Shown here piece after piece: positions 11,004-21,083 of a DNA stretch of 64,000 bases. This DNA is from a virus. The DNA is taken from IMG/VR virus record IMGVR_UViG_3300027788_000004, positions 32,001-96,000 of that record; one strand, written 5' to 3'. A program made the translations under genes and the position numbers. The notes below the pieces were generated by a model. That model did no database searches. It was not told where the DNA came from and saw only the letters and a program-made list of their open reading frames with translations. The stretch's first letter is position 1, and every line of letters starts with the position of its first letter.

Positions 11004-13181
11004 ATGGCTAACACATCTAGATACGTATCACTTTCAGATTCTGTTTTATTAGAATATGAATATAGAGATCAATCAGGAACTTCAAACATCTTTACAACAA
11101 CGGCAGCTCCGTTTTATAAGATGCAAGATGCTCACGGAGCAACATCGAATCTTATATTTAATGATGATAATTCTACTGCAATAACAGGAAACGTAAGAAC
11201 CAGGATGGCAGCATCCACAGATACAACAACCGCAAGTTATGGATATTTAGACTTGAACGGGTTAGTTGCATTAAATGATTACGATCCTCAATTAACAGAT
11301 ACCGTTAATTTACCTATAACGTTTTCTCCGGTTATTGGTGTTAAATACGATGTAGTACGATTACATTTAGTACAGGGATTTAATTTTGAAAATAATGAAG
11401 GATTTTATTTTAGAATAAATACTCGAACCGGTTTAGATCCTGTAACAGGAAGAACAGATGTAAATTATCTAAACTTAGCTTATAGAAAATCTGATTCTTA
11501 TGCACAGATTAATTCAAATCCATTTTTATTAAACGGAAAGTATTACGCGTCTTATATAGAAGTTAAAGTACCTTCATTATATAATATGATTGATGATTAT
11601 ATTCAGGCTGCAGCTGGTGGTGCTGTTACTACTAACTTACCGATTTCTAAATTTACTAATGGAATTGGTCCTGATACAAGATCTTTAATAGAAACTAATT
11701 TTGGATGGATTGCAAAAAATTCAGTAATAAATGGACAAGATTATTTTCAAACGTGGGAATTAAAACGAGTAGATTTACCTACGTTAGATCAATATGCTGA
11801 TGTATCTGCGGTATGTGTAGGTTCAACATCCGGAGATTTTTTAGAATTATATGCTGCATGGCAAGGTACTATTATAGATAATTTTATATTACAACTAAAT
11901 AATCTGCCAGGTAATGATTATATTATATTACACCAATTAGATGTTTATGAATATGTTTGGAACGGTGGAGCTGCAGCAACATGGATAAAAACTGATAATA
12001 TAGAATTTGTTCAAGATAGTAATTATCAAGATCCTATTTTATATAGGCCGATTATTCAAAATCAATCTGCTTCATCTTATAGAGTTGATTACACAGTTAG
12101 ACTATATAACAGAGAAGATTCTACATCAATTCTAAAAAAGACATCTGCTCAATTTAATGATGGATTAAAATACGGAAAGAATCTTCAAAAAATACAATTA
12201 GGTATTAATCCTATACAGCCAAAGGTATATAATAAACTATTTGATAAAAATGTAGTGATGAATGCGGTTGGTAGTACGAGTTCTGTAGAATCTTCTACGA
12301 AATATGCAAAATACCTTACATCGTTTTTGAATACAAATCAAATTTTATTAACTTCTCAAAATGCATATTTACAACGAAATCCAACGACTGGCGTAGTAGA
12401 AGTTAAGAGTGTAGGTAATAGTGCAACAGAAACAGTATTTGCACAAGGGTTAGGAAAGATACAAATGACCTCCGCTGATACTTATTTTAAGTTCGTTATT
12501 TATGAAGGTGATCCTACACAAGCTATTTCATTTTTAGATTTAACAGGTTTAGGAAAGTTATATCTTAACTTTTATACTAATAATGGATCGGTAAATAAAT
12601 TCTTAAATTACATGTCACCAGAAATTTCCATGGCTAGCGGAGAGGTATTATTTAAGGTTCCTTCAAAAGATTGTCAGAGAATATCACAATACAATGATAC
12701 AACATTTACAGTATCTTCTGTTAACGACGAAAACGAAACTCAGTTATATACAGGTTCCTTTGTTAAGGTTGGTAATACCGTAACTTCGTTTATGGATAGA
12801 AAAATTGAAAATCAACAAGAATCTATAAGCGAATATGCTGAACAAGTAACTAATTTAGAACAATACAATTCTATAATAGTTGAAGAAAATAATAGATACT
12901 CTTCGTTAAATACAGTTCAAAATGTTCTTATACAAGATTTGCAAGCTATCTTAGGACAAACAGTAAAAGAAGCAAATAGTATTTTAGAAATCGATGCAGT
13001 ATCGCAAGAAGTAAAATTGCAAATGATATCTAAGATTGCAGAAGCGCAAATATTGATTGCTAGAGTTGCAGCAATTGCAGATGTACAAGTAGTGGATGGA
13101 AGTACCCCATCACAAAGTGTAGATCCAACGGCAGATCAAGCAAATATAGCAGATTCTGCAAATTCACCTTTTACATCTTAA
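11004..13181 (+). CDS. Putative virion structural protein, 725 aa
   Basis: Long ORF in the structural block with a beta-rich body and C-terminal coiled coil. Confidence 0.55.
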   Translation: MANTSRYVSLSDSVLLEYEYRDQSGTSNIFTTTAAPFYKMQDAHGATSNLIFNDDNSTAITGNVRTRMAASTDTTTASYGYLDLNGLVALNDYDPQLTDTVNLPITFSPVIGVKYDVVRLHLVQGFNFENNEGFYFRINTRTGLDPVTGRTDVNYLNLAYRKSDSYAQINSNPFLLNGKYYASYIEVKVPSLYNMIDDYIQAAAGGAVTTNLPISKFTNGIGPDTRSLIETNFGWIAKNSVINGQDYFQTWELKRVDLPTLDQYADVSAVCVGSTSGDFLELYAAWQGTIIDNFILQLNNLPGNDYIILHQLDVYEYVWNGGAAATWIKTDNIEFVQDSNYQDPILYRPIIQNQSASSYRVDYTVRLYNREDSTSILKKTSAQFNDGLKYGKNLQKIQLGINPIQPKVYNKLFDKNVVMNAVGSTSSVESSTKYAKYLTSFLNTNQILLTSQNAYLQRNPTTGVVEVKSVGNSATETVFAQGLGKIQMTSADTYFKFVIYEGDPTQAISFLDLTGLGKLYLNFYTNNGSVNKFLNYMSPEISMASGEVLFKVPSKDCQRISQYNDTTFTVSSVNDENETQLYTGSFVKVGNTVTSFMDRKIENQQESISEYAEQVTNLEQYNSIIVEENNRYSSLNTVQNVLIQDLQAILGQTVKEANSILEIDAVSQEVKLQMISKIAEAQILIARVAAIADVQVVDGSTPSQSVDPTADQANIADSANSPFTS

Positions 13182-13213
13182 TAAATAAACTAATAATATA
13201 AAATTACACGGAT

Positions 13214-13882
13214 ATGTTTCTAAATGCAAGATCAGATTTATTTAAGATAGAATTTCCTAGAAATTTTATTCCTAAAAGTATACGAGAAAAGTACGCACCA
13301 TATATTTTTAATATGCCTACAATGATTAATGATGTTACTGATTTAATCAATTATACTATACAGTCGGTTACAATTCCTACTATGAATTTTACCCCGGTTG
13401 AACAGATTATACCAGATAAAAAGAATCCATTACAATCAGAAGATTTATCTAAGAACTCGTTAGGTAACTCAATTACTAGATCAGCAAGAACTCGTAGGTG
13501 GAGATCATCTCAAAATTATCAAGAGGTATTTACAAAAGAATTTACAATCACATTTCAATTGATTGATGGACATGTTAATTATTGGATAATGCTAGATACT
13601 CTTTTATACTATTATGATTTCAAAACTAAAGATAGATTTACTGAATCTGTTCCGGTTAGGATATTAGATAGTGAAGGTAACGTTATGTATACTGCGTTAT
13701 TCATTGATACTCTTTTTACTGGTCTAACAGAATATCAATTATCATACTCAGATCTATCACAGGAATTTAAGACCTTTGATGCAACATTTCAATACAATAC
13801 ACTTAAATTAGAAATGTTACCTACTAAAAGTATAGATGAAAGTAAATTTACATCTGGCGGTGCTACGTTTACTATGACCTAG
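13214..13882 (+). CDS. gp3: Tail tube terminator / tail completion protein (T4 gp3-like, tube fold)
   Basis: TIQSVTIP...EFTITFQLID...NYWIM...LTEYQLSYS...TFDATFQY follows the gp3/gp19-family pattern. Confidence 0.6.
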   Translation: MFLNARSDLFKIEFPRNFIPKSIREKYAPYIFNMPTMINDVTDLINYTIQSVTIPTMNFTPVEQIIPDKKNPLQSEDLSKNSLGNSITRSARTRRWRSSQNYQEVFTKEFTITFQLIDGHVNYWIMLDTLLYYYDFKTKDRFTESVPVRILDSEGNVMYTALFIDTLFTGLTEYQLSYSDLSQEFKTFDATFQYNTLKLEMLPTKSIDESKFTSGGATFTMT

Positions 13883-13929
13883 AAATCAAATATATATAAA
13901 TATAATAACTGAAGAAAAACATTAAAGGA

Positions 13930-14277
13930 ATGAACACTTTTGAAGAATACTTAAATAATAAAAAACCAGAAGATTTAACTAAACTATTAGCTGAATCTAT
14001 GGACTATACTCTCACTGAGGGTGAGGAGGCTCAAATAGATGATGCCGTAGCTATTTTTTTAGCAGAAGGAAACACTATTAACGAGTTTGAAGAAGAAATG
14101 ACTAATGAAGGTATGTTTGGCGCTCTTTTAGGAGGACTTACCGGAGCTGCATTAGGAAAATCTTTAGGTCGTATGGTTGCAAAGGTATTAGGAGTTCAAA
14201 AGGGAATTCTTTACGATTTATTAACATCGAGATTAGTTGGAGCTGCATTAGGTGCAACTATAGGAAAGAAATTTTAA
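13930..14277 (+). CDS. Putative internal head protein: acidic propeptide plus glycine-zipper peptide
   Basis: Starts MNTFEEYLN (capsid-targeting-like) and has LAE|S and TNE|G sites before GALLGGLTGAALG...GAALGATIG. Late motif at 13889. Confidence 0.55.
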   Translation: MNTFEEYLNNKKPEDLTKLLAESMDYTLTEGEEAQIDDAVAIFLAEGNTINEFEEEMTNEGMFGALLGGLTGAALGKSLGRMVAKVLGVQKGILYDLLTSRLVGAALGATIGKKF

Positions 14278-14295
14278 TCTCATAAAATAATATAC

Positions 14296-14919
14296 ATGAA
14301 TTTTATTGCAATAGACTTTTCAATAACATCTACAGCAGTTTGTATTTCTACTCCAGAAAAAATACATTGGTTTAATTTTGCATCTAATTTAGATCTAAAT
14401 AAAAAAGCTTTTAGGGTACATAAAGATTTAGAAGATTTAGGTTTGAATATGATAGGATATGAAAGAAATAAACCTAAAGATTTAACTTACACTCAAGAAC
14501 AATCGTTCAAAATTAACAATGCAAATCATCTATCGTTAAAAATAATAAATGCTATAGGACCTTATATAGATGAAGATACTATATTTGGGATTGAAGGATT
14601 TAGTTATGGATCTAAGGGTAATTCCTTTATAGATCTTATTACATATAATACGTTTCTTAAGTCTAAGATATTAAGAGTTTCTAATAATGATTTGCTTGTA
14701 CTTGCTCCAAAAACTATTAAAAAATCTTTTACCGGTAATGGTAATTCAGGAAAACCTTTAATGGTTCAATCTTTTGCAGATTCTAAATCGGTTGAACTTC
14801 GTAATGATCTTTTTCATGAATACGTGAAACGTGCAGATTATGGAGATAACATCCCTAAACCAATTGACGATCTAGTCGATGCTTTTGCAATAATGGAATA
14901 CTTAAAAGACTGTAACTGA
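14296..14919 (+). CDS. ruvC: RuvC-like Holliday junction resolvase
   Basis: IAIDFSITSTAV, IEGFSYGS, PKTIKK..TGNGN..K and DDLVDAFAI supply the RNase H-fold acidic residues. Confidence 0.75.
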   Translation: MNFIAIDFSITSTAVCISTPEKIHWFNFASNLDLNKKAFRVHKDLEDLGLNMIGYERNKPKDLTYTQEQSFKINNANHLSLKIINAIGPYIDEDTIFGIEGFSYGSKGNSFIDLITYNTFLKSKILRVSNNDLLVLAPKTIKKSFTGNGNSGKPLMVQSFADSKSVELRNDLFHEYVKRADYGDNIPKPIDDLVDAFAIMEYLKDCN

Positions 14920-14956
14920 TTTAACTATATTACTTTTAACTTTATTACTTATAATA

Positions 14957-14985
14957 ATTATATGTAAAGGAGAGTAAGCAGTTTC
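14957..14985 (-). promoter_or_regulatory. Antisense copy of the GAAAC-N16-CATATAAT promoter
   Basis: The reverse complement reads GAAAC tgcttactctccttta CATATAAT, a perfect match with a 16-nt spacer. Confidence 0.65.
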
Positions 14986-15019
14986 AACAATGCTCATAAA
15001 AAGAAAAATAATTTTATTT

Positions 15020-15048
15020 GAAACTTTAGATAGATTACCACATATAAT
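15020..15048 (+). promoter_or_regulatory. Middle-type promoter GAAAC-N16-CATATAAT upstream of gp32
   Basis: GAAAC tttagatagattacca CATATAAT. Confidence 0.75.
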
Positions 15049-15118
15049 AAATAACGGTTATTACAAAACGTAATAGTCTATAAATAAAGTGTTTAATTAA
15101 AATATAAAGTGTAAAATT

Positions 15119-16033
15119 ATGAGTGAATTTGATTTATTTAATTTGTCTTTAGAAGATTTTCAAACTAAAGATGAAGTAACAGAAACAAAAGGACCAGGCT
15201 TATATAAAGCTAATCCAACCGAAGGAAAAGATAACGTTTATCGAAGTGTTATCAGATTCCTACCAAACCACACAGATCCAAAAAATTCTATCGTTAAGAA
15301 GTTTTCTTATTGGTTAGAAGATTCTCAAGGTAACGCAGGTTACTTCGATTGTCCAACTACCATAGGAGAAAAATCTATTATTGGTGATACTTATTGGAAA
15401 CTTGCGAAATCTCAATCAGCTTTCGATCAAAAACAAGCAGAAAAAATTAGAAGAAAGGAATACTACTTCTCAATTATTCAAATTGTTAAAGATCCACAAA
15501 GACCTGAATTAGACGGTACTCTTCAAGTGTTTAGATTCCCTAAAACTCTTAAGAAATTTATCGACGGACAAACTTCTCCTTCAATTGAAGATATTGAATT
15601 ATCTGGTGCAGAACCATGTAATGTATATGATTTATTTGAAGGTAAAGATTTCTCTTTGAAGGTAACTCTTAAAGGTGGATATTGGAATTATGACGAGTGT
15701 AAATTCTTAGCGAAATCAACTGTTCAAGTTGGTGGAGTGCCAATGGAAAATAACGCTGAATGTAAAAAACAAATTATGGAAATGTTAAGTTCATCTCCTG
15801 ATTTAACTATTTACAAATATAGAGCTTGGAACGATGACCAACGAAATAAACTTCATGGAATTCTACAAGATATTTCAGGAAATCCTGGAGAATCTTACAG
15901 AAAACTTACTCCAGAAGAGAGTGGTAAAACTGAAAACAAAGCTCCAACTAATACACCAGCTGCTAAAGCTACCAGTGCATCAAAACCGGAAGGCGAAGAT
16001 GATATGGAAGCTTGGTTAAATGGTGTTGGATAA
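15119..16033 (+). CDS. gp32: Single-stranded DNA-binding protein (T4 gp32-like)
   Basis: VIRFLP, CPTTIGEK, IVKDP..PE..G, GKDF.LK, WNYDECKF and an acidic C-terminal tail. Confidence 0.9.
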   Translation: MSEFDLFNLSLEDFQTKDEVTETKGPGLYKANPTEGKDNVYRSVIRFLPNHTDPKNSIVKKFSYWLEDSQGNAGYFDCPTTIGEKSIIGDTYWKLAKSQSAFDQKQAEKIRRKEYYFSIIQIVKDPQRPELDGTLQVFRFPKTLKKFIDGQTSPSIEDIELSGAEPCNVYDLFEGKDFSLKVTLKGGYWNYDECKFLAKSTVQVGGVPMENNAECKKQIMEMLSSSPDLTIYKYRAWNDDQRNKLHGILQDISGNPGESYRKLTPEESGKTENKAPTNTPAAKATSASKPEGEDDMEAWLNGVG

Positions 16034-16042
16034 TAATTACTA

Positions 16043-16080
16043 TGGCCTCTATTCTTAATTGAATAGGGGCTATTAGTTTA
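16043..16080 (+). terminator. Intrinsic terminator after gp32
   Basis: Hairpin TGGCCTCTATTC-ttaatt-GAATAGGGGCTA followed by a T-rich tract. Confidence 0.65.
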
Positions 16081-16088
16081 TTTAATTT

Positions 16089-17150
16089 ATGGAGACAAAG
16101 ACTATAATATCACAAGAGATTAAAAATAATCTCATTCAAAAACTTTCTAACGTATTATCATCAGAATTTAACGGAGAGAAAGCTAGAATTAAAGTAGGAT
16201 ATGATAGACTTAATTTTGCATGTCCGTATTGTGGAGATTCTGCAGAAAATTATAGAAAGAAACGAGGTAATGTTTATTGGAAATCGTTAATGTTTCATTG
16301 TTATAATTGTAGCAAGCACACAAACGTTTTACAATTATTAAAGGATTACGAAAATGGTTTAACTAATCATAGCGAAGTTGGAACTGTATTAGATTTTATA
16401 GCAGAAAATAAAGTAGTTGTACAATCAACAGAATACTTAGAAATAGGAGTATTTCAAAATTTACAAAAACTATCTATAGATCGAAAAGAATTTATAAAAG
16501 AATTAAAATTAACAATTCCTTCAAAAAATTCGATTGGCTATAAATTTATAAAGTCTAGATTTTTATTACAGAGAATTAATCATTTTGCATGGAGCGATAA
16601 AGATAATCAATTATATGTTTTTAATTTAACAAACGAAGATAAAATAATTGGATATCAAATAAGAAACTTTACTAAAGGGCGAACTAAATATGTGAGTTAT
16701 ACAATCGAAAAAATGTATAATGAAATGAAAAGAGAATTTAATATAAGTGAAGGCGTTGAGAAAATGAACACCCTATCGTTGTATTATAATATAATGAAGG
16801 TTGATTTATCAAGAACCTTTACTATTTTTGAAGGCCCTACTGATGCATTATTATTTCCTAATAATTCAATAGCATTGAGTGGAATAAACAAAAATTCAGA
16901 TATGTTTGATGATATGATAACTGCAAGATATTTCTTTGATAATGATTCTATTGGTAGAAAAACAATGGAACAAAAATTAAAACGAAAGAAATCTGTGTTT
17001 ATGTGGAAAAAATTCTTAAAGGAAAATAAAATAGAAAATTGCAAAGATTTTAATGATTTGATTAGGTTTTGTTATTTCCATAAAAATAGTGCTTATAAAA
17101 ATTTAGATAAATACTTTACAACAAGTCCATATGACCTCATTAACATTTAA
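16089..17150 (+). CDS. gp61: DNA primase (T4 gp61-like)
   Basis: Zn finger CPYCGDS...FHCYNC and Toprim motifs FEGPTDA and FFDND..G. Confidence 0.88.
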   Translation: METKTIISQEIKNNLIQKLSNVLSSEFNGEKARIKVGYDRLNFACPYCGDSAENYRKKRGNVYWKSLMFHCYNCSKHTNVLQLLKDYENGLTNHSEVGTVLDFIAENKVVVQSTEYLEIGVFQNLQKLSIDRKEFIKELKLTIPSKNSIGYKFIKSRFLLQRINHFAWSDKDNQLYVFNLTNEDKIIGYQIRNFTKGRTKYVSYTIEKMYNEMKREFNISEGVEKMNTLSLYYNIMKVDLSRTFTIFEGPTDALLFPNNSIALSGINKNSDMFDDMITARYFFDNDSIGRKTMEQKLKRKKSVFMWKKFLKENKIENCKDFNDLIRFCYFHKNSAYKNLDKYFTTSPYDLINI

Positions 17151-17364
17151 GAAATTCCAAGAATTTGTGAACGAAGAACTAGATCAATTTTATGAAGAGG
17201 CTGAGATAAGCCAAAAAAATTACAAAATACCAGTAGACTTAAAAAAGAAAGACTATTCGTATAGTGGTTCTATGTTGCATGTTGAAAAGGCTAAAAAACC
17301 AGATACAATTACAAAAATTAAAAAAACTTGGGTAAAACCAGGAACAACTAAAAACTTATTTTAA
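17131..17364 (+). CDS. Hypothetical protein
   Basis: 77-aa ORF between primase and uvsY, ending KNLF. Confidence 0.55.
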   Translation: MTSLTFKKFQEFVNEELDQFYEEAEISQKNYKIPVDLKKKDYSYSGSMLHVEKAKKPDTITKIKKTWVKPGTTKNLF

Positions 17365-17804
17365 TGGCGGATCTAAGCGAAGAAAAATTAGAAAAGATAG
17401 AAAAATTATTAGAGAGTGAAAGATCTGAATGGTCTAAAAAAATTCAAGATCTAATTAAAGATATTAAAGATGCTCATAAACTAGCATTAGCTCAAACATA
17501 TATGTTATCTTATCGACATATGATCGTTGATAAAACAATGGAATTTAATATAATGTTAGGTAAAAAGCGTGCTGGAGATTCTAATTATTCTAAAATGAGA
17601 TATCAATACTATAAAACAAATCATGATGTTAGATTAGAACATAGAGAAATTTTAGAATATATCAAATCTGATATGTCATTAAGAAATAGAGAAACAAATT
17701 TAATAGAAAACCAAATTGCGTATTATAGACAGTGTAACGAGACTTTAGATAAAATGGGATTTGCAATAAAAAATAGAGTTACCTTAGCAACGAATGATAT
17801 TTGA
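17364..17804 (+). CDS. uvsY: Recombination mediator UvsY-like
   Basis: Helical protein of about 146 aa with C-terminal DKMGFAIKN, adjacent to uvsW as in T4-like phages. Confidence 0.65.
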   Translation: MADLSEEKLEKIEKLLESERSEWSKKIQDLIKDIKDAHKLALAQTYMLSYRHMIVDKTMEFNIMLGKKRAGDSNYSKMRYQYYKTNHDVRLEHREILEYIKSDMSLRNRETNLIENQIAYYRQCNETLDKMGFAIKNRVTLATNDI

Positions 17805-19308
17805 TTTAACACATAACGGAAGAATTTTAACTTTACGAGATGCAACTGAAATAGAAATTGATCAGTTAAGAATCTCGTTAACAAGACGTATAGACAATTG
17901 GAGATGGGATCCTAGAGTCAAGAAAGGCTGGTGGGATGGTAGAATATCTTATTTCAAAAATGAAATGTATGTTCCAGCTGGTTTATGGAGCTTAATACGA
18001 GATACTTGTAAAGAATATAATTTTGATTTACATATAAATAATCTGAATCAAAAATTTGATAGATCGACAAAACAGGAAGATTTTACTCAATGGGTTAAGG
18101 AAACCTTCAAAAATCATGAATTAACGCCGAGACCATATCAAATAGAAACAGCATATAATATAATAAAGAATAAATCATGTTTGGCAGAACTAGCTACTTC
18201 TGCAGGAAAATCACTTATACTTTATATAATTATAGGATGGCTCATAGAGAAAAAGAAAACTGGAAAAATACTAATGATTGTTCCTAACGTTAGTTTAGTT
18301 GTTCAGGCAACTGAAGATTTTTACGAATATAATCGAGGATCTTTAGATTTAGATTTACAGATACAACAAATTTTCTCAGGATCTAAAGTACGAAAGGGTG
18401 CTAATATAGTTATCGGAACCTATCAATCTTTAGTTAAAAAGAAAAAGGAGTATTTCGATGATTATACAACAGTTATGGTTGATGAAACTCATAAAGCTAA
18501 AGCTGCTTCAATTAAAACAATTTTAGAAAAATGCCAAATGGCTGATCGAGTTTTTGGAGTTAGTGGAACTATTCCGAAGGCTGATAGTTTAGATAGACTT
18601 ACATTAATGGCATATACCGGACCTCTTATTCAAAAGGTTGGAGCAGCAGAATTAATCAAAGGAGGGTATATTTCTCCAGTAGAAGTTAAAGTAATTGAAA
18701 TGAATTATGCACCAGATAGTGTTAGAGAATCATTCAAATTTTTAACAAAAACGGAAGAGGATAGAAAACGTCTTTTGAATTTAGAGCAAAATTACGCTAT
18801 GAATGATAAGACTCGATTAAATTTTATAACAGATACTTTATTAAAAGTTAAGAAAAATCAATTAGTATTATTTTATAGAGTTGATTATGGAAATAGTTTA
18901 CATAACGAATTACGAAATAAGTCCACTAGACGGATTTTTTATATTGATGGAGGCACTGATAAAGATCTTAGAGAAGAATATAAAAGACAAATGGAAGATG
19001 GTGAGGGGAAGATCTTAGTGGCTTCTTTCGGTACATTCTCTACCGGAATAAATATCAAAAATTTACATACTGTTAGTCTTACAGAATCTTTCAAATCAGA
19101 TGTTATTATTCGTCAATCTATAGGAAGAGGATTAAGAAAACATGATACAAAAGACAAGCTAATTATTTTAGATTTTGTTGATGATTATAGGTTTGAAAGT
19201 TTTACTAATTATTTATATAGACATTCTAAAAAACGTAGAGAAATTTACGATGAACAAAAATTTCCTTATGAAATTAAAAGTTTAGATTTGTCAAAGATAT
19301 ATAATTAA
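17794..19308 (+). CDS. uvsW: SF2 DNA helicase UvsW
   Basis: WDGRI, PRPYQ, LATSAGKS, VDETH, GVSGT, FGTFSTGINIKNLH and QSIGRGLR. Confidence 0.95.
   Translation: MIFDLTHNGRILTLRDATEIEIDQLRISLTRRIDNWRWDPRVKKGWWDGRISYFKNEMYVPAGLWSLIRDTCKEYNFDLHINNLNQKFDRSTKQEDFTQWVKETFKNHELTPRPYQIETAYNIIKNKSCLAELATSAGKSLILYIIIGWLIEKKKTGKILMIVPNVSLVVQATEDFYEYNRGSLDLDLQIQQIFSGSKVRKGANIVIGTYQSLVKKKKEYFDDYTTVMVDETHKAKAASIKTILEKCQMADRVFGVSGTIPKADSLDRLTLMAYTGPLIQKVGAAELIKGGYISPVEVKVIEMNYAPDSVRESFKFLTKTEEDRKRLLNLEQNYAMNDKTRLNFITDTLLKVKKNQLVLFYRVDYGNSLHNELRNKSTRRIFYIDGGTDKDLREEYKRQMEDGEGKILVASFGTFSTGINIKNLHTVSLTESFKSDVIIRQSIGRGLRKHDTKDKLIILDFVDDYRFESFTNYLYRHSKKRREIYDEQKFPYEIKSLDLSKIYN
19296..19304 (+). promoter_or_regulatory. 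Late promoter motif GATATATAA
   Basis: One of about 16 RATATATA copies upstream of structural genes; it marks the switch from replication to late genes. Confidence 0.55.
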
Positions 19309-19329
19309 AAGAAAAAATAGAAAATCCAA

Positions 19330-19866
19330 ATGGGAAAGACTACAGGAAAACTAAAGTATGATTTAGCTTTAACTACGACTACAGTATATGACGCATCATC
19401 CATATATGTTAATAAAACAGCTGAACTGTCAATTGACGGTAATGCAAACCTACAATACAAAACCATAGGCGCTACTTATGCAGATAATACTGGACTATGG
19501 CCAACAGATGCGAATCTATTCCCAGGACCTGCTATTACACAAGGAAAGGCTTATTTATACGTTAGAAATTTAGGACCTTCTAATGCAGCTACTCTTAGAG
19601 TTTCTACATCAACATTACAAGATAATACCGATGTATTACCAACTCCAGCCGGTGATGGAATTCCTGATAATTATGACCCTAATCAATTTGCAGATATCGC
19701 TATTAATGAATTTGCTTTTTTACCTGTATGTGTTGGTGCAAGTACAGTTAACATACATATGAAATCAGGTTATGTTGTTGGTCCAACTTGGGCAGGGGCT
19801 ACATATAATGAAATAGAAATAGGTTATTTCAGAAATATGCCAAATATCGATGGACCTAAATACTAA
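19330..19866 (+). CDS. Putative virion surface protein
   Basis: Late motif upstream, beta-rich composition, GAT/GPT motifs. Confidence 0.5.
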   Translation: MGKTTGKLKYDLALTTTTVYDASSIYVNKTAELSIDGNANLQYKTIGATYADNTGLWPTDANLFPGPAITQGKAYLYVRNLGPSNAATLRVSTSTLQDNTDVLPTPAGDGIPDNYDPNQFADIAINEFAFLPVCVGASTVNIHMKSGYVVGPTWAGATYNEIEIGYFRNMPNIDGPKY

Positions 19867-19913
19867 TCAAATATATAACTTAAAATATAACTTAAAACAA
19901 AAATTATAAAACA

Positions 19914-21044
19914 ATGGCACTATCAAAATTTTCATCCTTCAAAAAGGAAAGATCGACGATTAAAGAATCTCGATTAAAAGAAGCCAAAGTAAAAAAGTTC
20001 AATAAGCTTTTCTCAGAAAAACTTAAAGATCTTAAAGTTGCTTCGGTTGCTGATCTTTCGGAAGATCAAATGGATTCATTTTTAGAATCGTTAAAAAAAG
20101 AAAAGGTAGTAAATGAAGATCGAGCTCGAGAAATTGAAGCCGATGTAATTGCTGCAGGAAAACCACAAGAACTTGGTTCTGCTGATTCTGAATCTGAATC
20201 GGAAAGATCTAAAAAATATAACACAGTACCTAAATCGTCAGAAGAATTAGCAGAAGATCATGTTGAAGGACATGATGAAGAAGTTGATGAAGCTAAAAAA
20301 GCAGTAAAGGAAGATGAGGAAGATGACGGAGTTGAGACTAAGGATAAAGGCGAAGAAGAAGAAGATAAAGGCGGTGAAGAAGAAGATAAAGGCGATGTAA
20401 AGGTTGATTCGGAAGATGATGCTGAAAAGGCTGATCATTATAAAGGAGCGGTTAAATCTGATGATGCTGAAATCGAAACAGATAAGAAAGAAATCAAAGC
20501 TCTTAAAAAAGATGCTGATTTTGACAAAAAGGAAGAAGAGGAAGAAGAGGAATTAGAAGAATCAGTAGTTAACGAAAAATTAGCAAAAGGATTAAAGCCT
20601 CTATTAACTATAGGTTTAACTATTACTAAGAAGACTGGTGAGGAAGCATTATTAAAACTTTCTGATGACTTTGACGCTTTAGGCGATGAAGATGCTGATA
20701 ATATAGGAAGCCACTTAAATATGGCTATTGAATTAATGCAAGATGGTTATCCTGGAGATGCTACTAAAAAATTAAAGCAATTCAATAAAGCTTGCAAGGA
20801 TGTTCTTGCTGGAAAAAAAGTTGGTTCAGCTTTTGAATCAGTTACTGAATCTTCTATCTTAGAAGCAAAGGAAATTAAATCTGATGCTGAATTTGATAAA
20901 TATGCAGATGAGATGTTAAAAAAAGCGCATCCAGACGATTTTGACGAAAAGATCGCAAAGAAAGTTAAGGATGGTCTTAAAAAGAAATACGGAGATGATT
21001 ATGGAGCTGCAGTTGGAGCTTTATCTTCAGGGTTCGGAGGATAA
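19914..21044 (+). CDS. Acidic internal head / prohead core polyprotein
   Basis: MALSKFSSF start, many [ILV]xE sites (IKES, FLES, VVNED, LEES, VVNEK, VTES, ILEA) and D/E/K-rich linkers. Confidence 0.6.
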   Translation: MALSKFSSFKKERSTIKESRLKEAKVKKFNKLFSEKLKDLKVASVADLSEDQMDSFLESLKKEKVVNEDRAREIEADVIAAGKPQELGSADSESESERSKKYNTVPKSSEELAEDHVEGHDEEVDEAKKAVKEDEEDDGVETKDKGEEEEDKGGEEEDKGDVKVDSEDDAEKADHYKGAVKSDDAEIETDKKEIKALKKDADFDKKEEEEEEELEESVVNEKLAKGLKPLLTIGLTITKKTGEEALLKLSDDFDALGDEDADNIGSHLNMAIELMQDGYPGDATKKLKQFNKACKDVLAGKKVGSAFESVTESSILEAKEIKSDAEFDKYADEMLKKAHPDDFDEKIAKKVKDGLKKKYGDDYGAAVGALSSGFGG

Positions 21045-21083
21045 ACTAAACTAAACAGATAATAAATATAATCACGCGTAGAT

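Noticed and set aside
17131-17364. KKFQEFVNEE as a capsid-targeting leader
   Set aside because: It matches the motif, but the gene sits in the primase-uvsY-uvsW operon with no late promoter, so it is not counted as cargo without more evidence.
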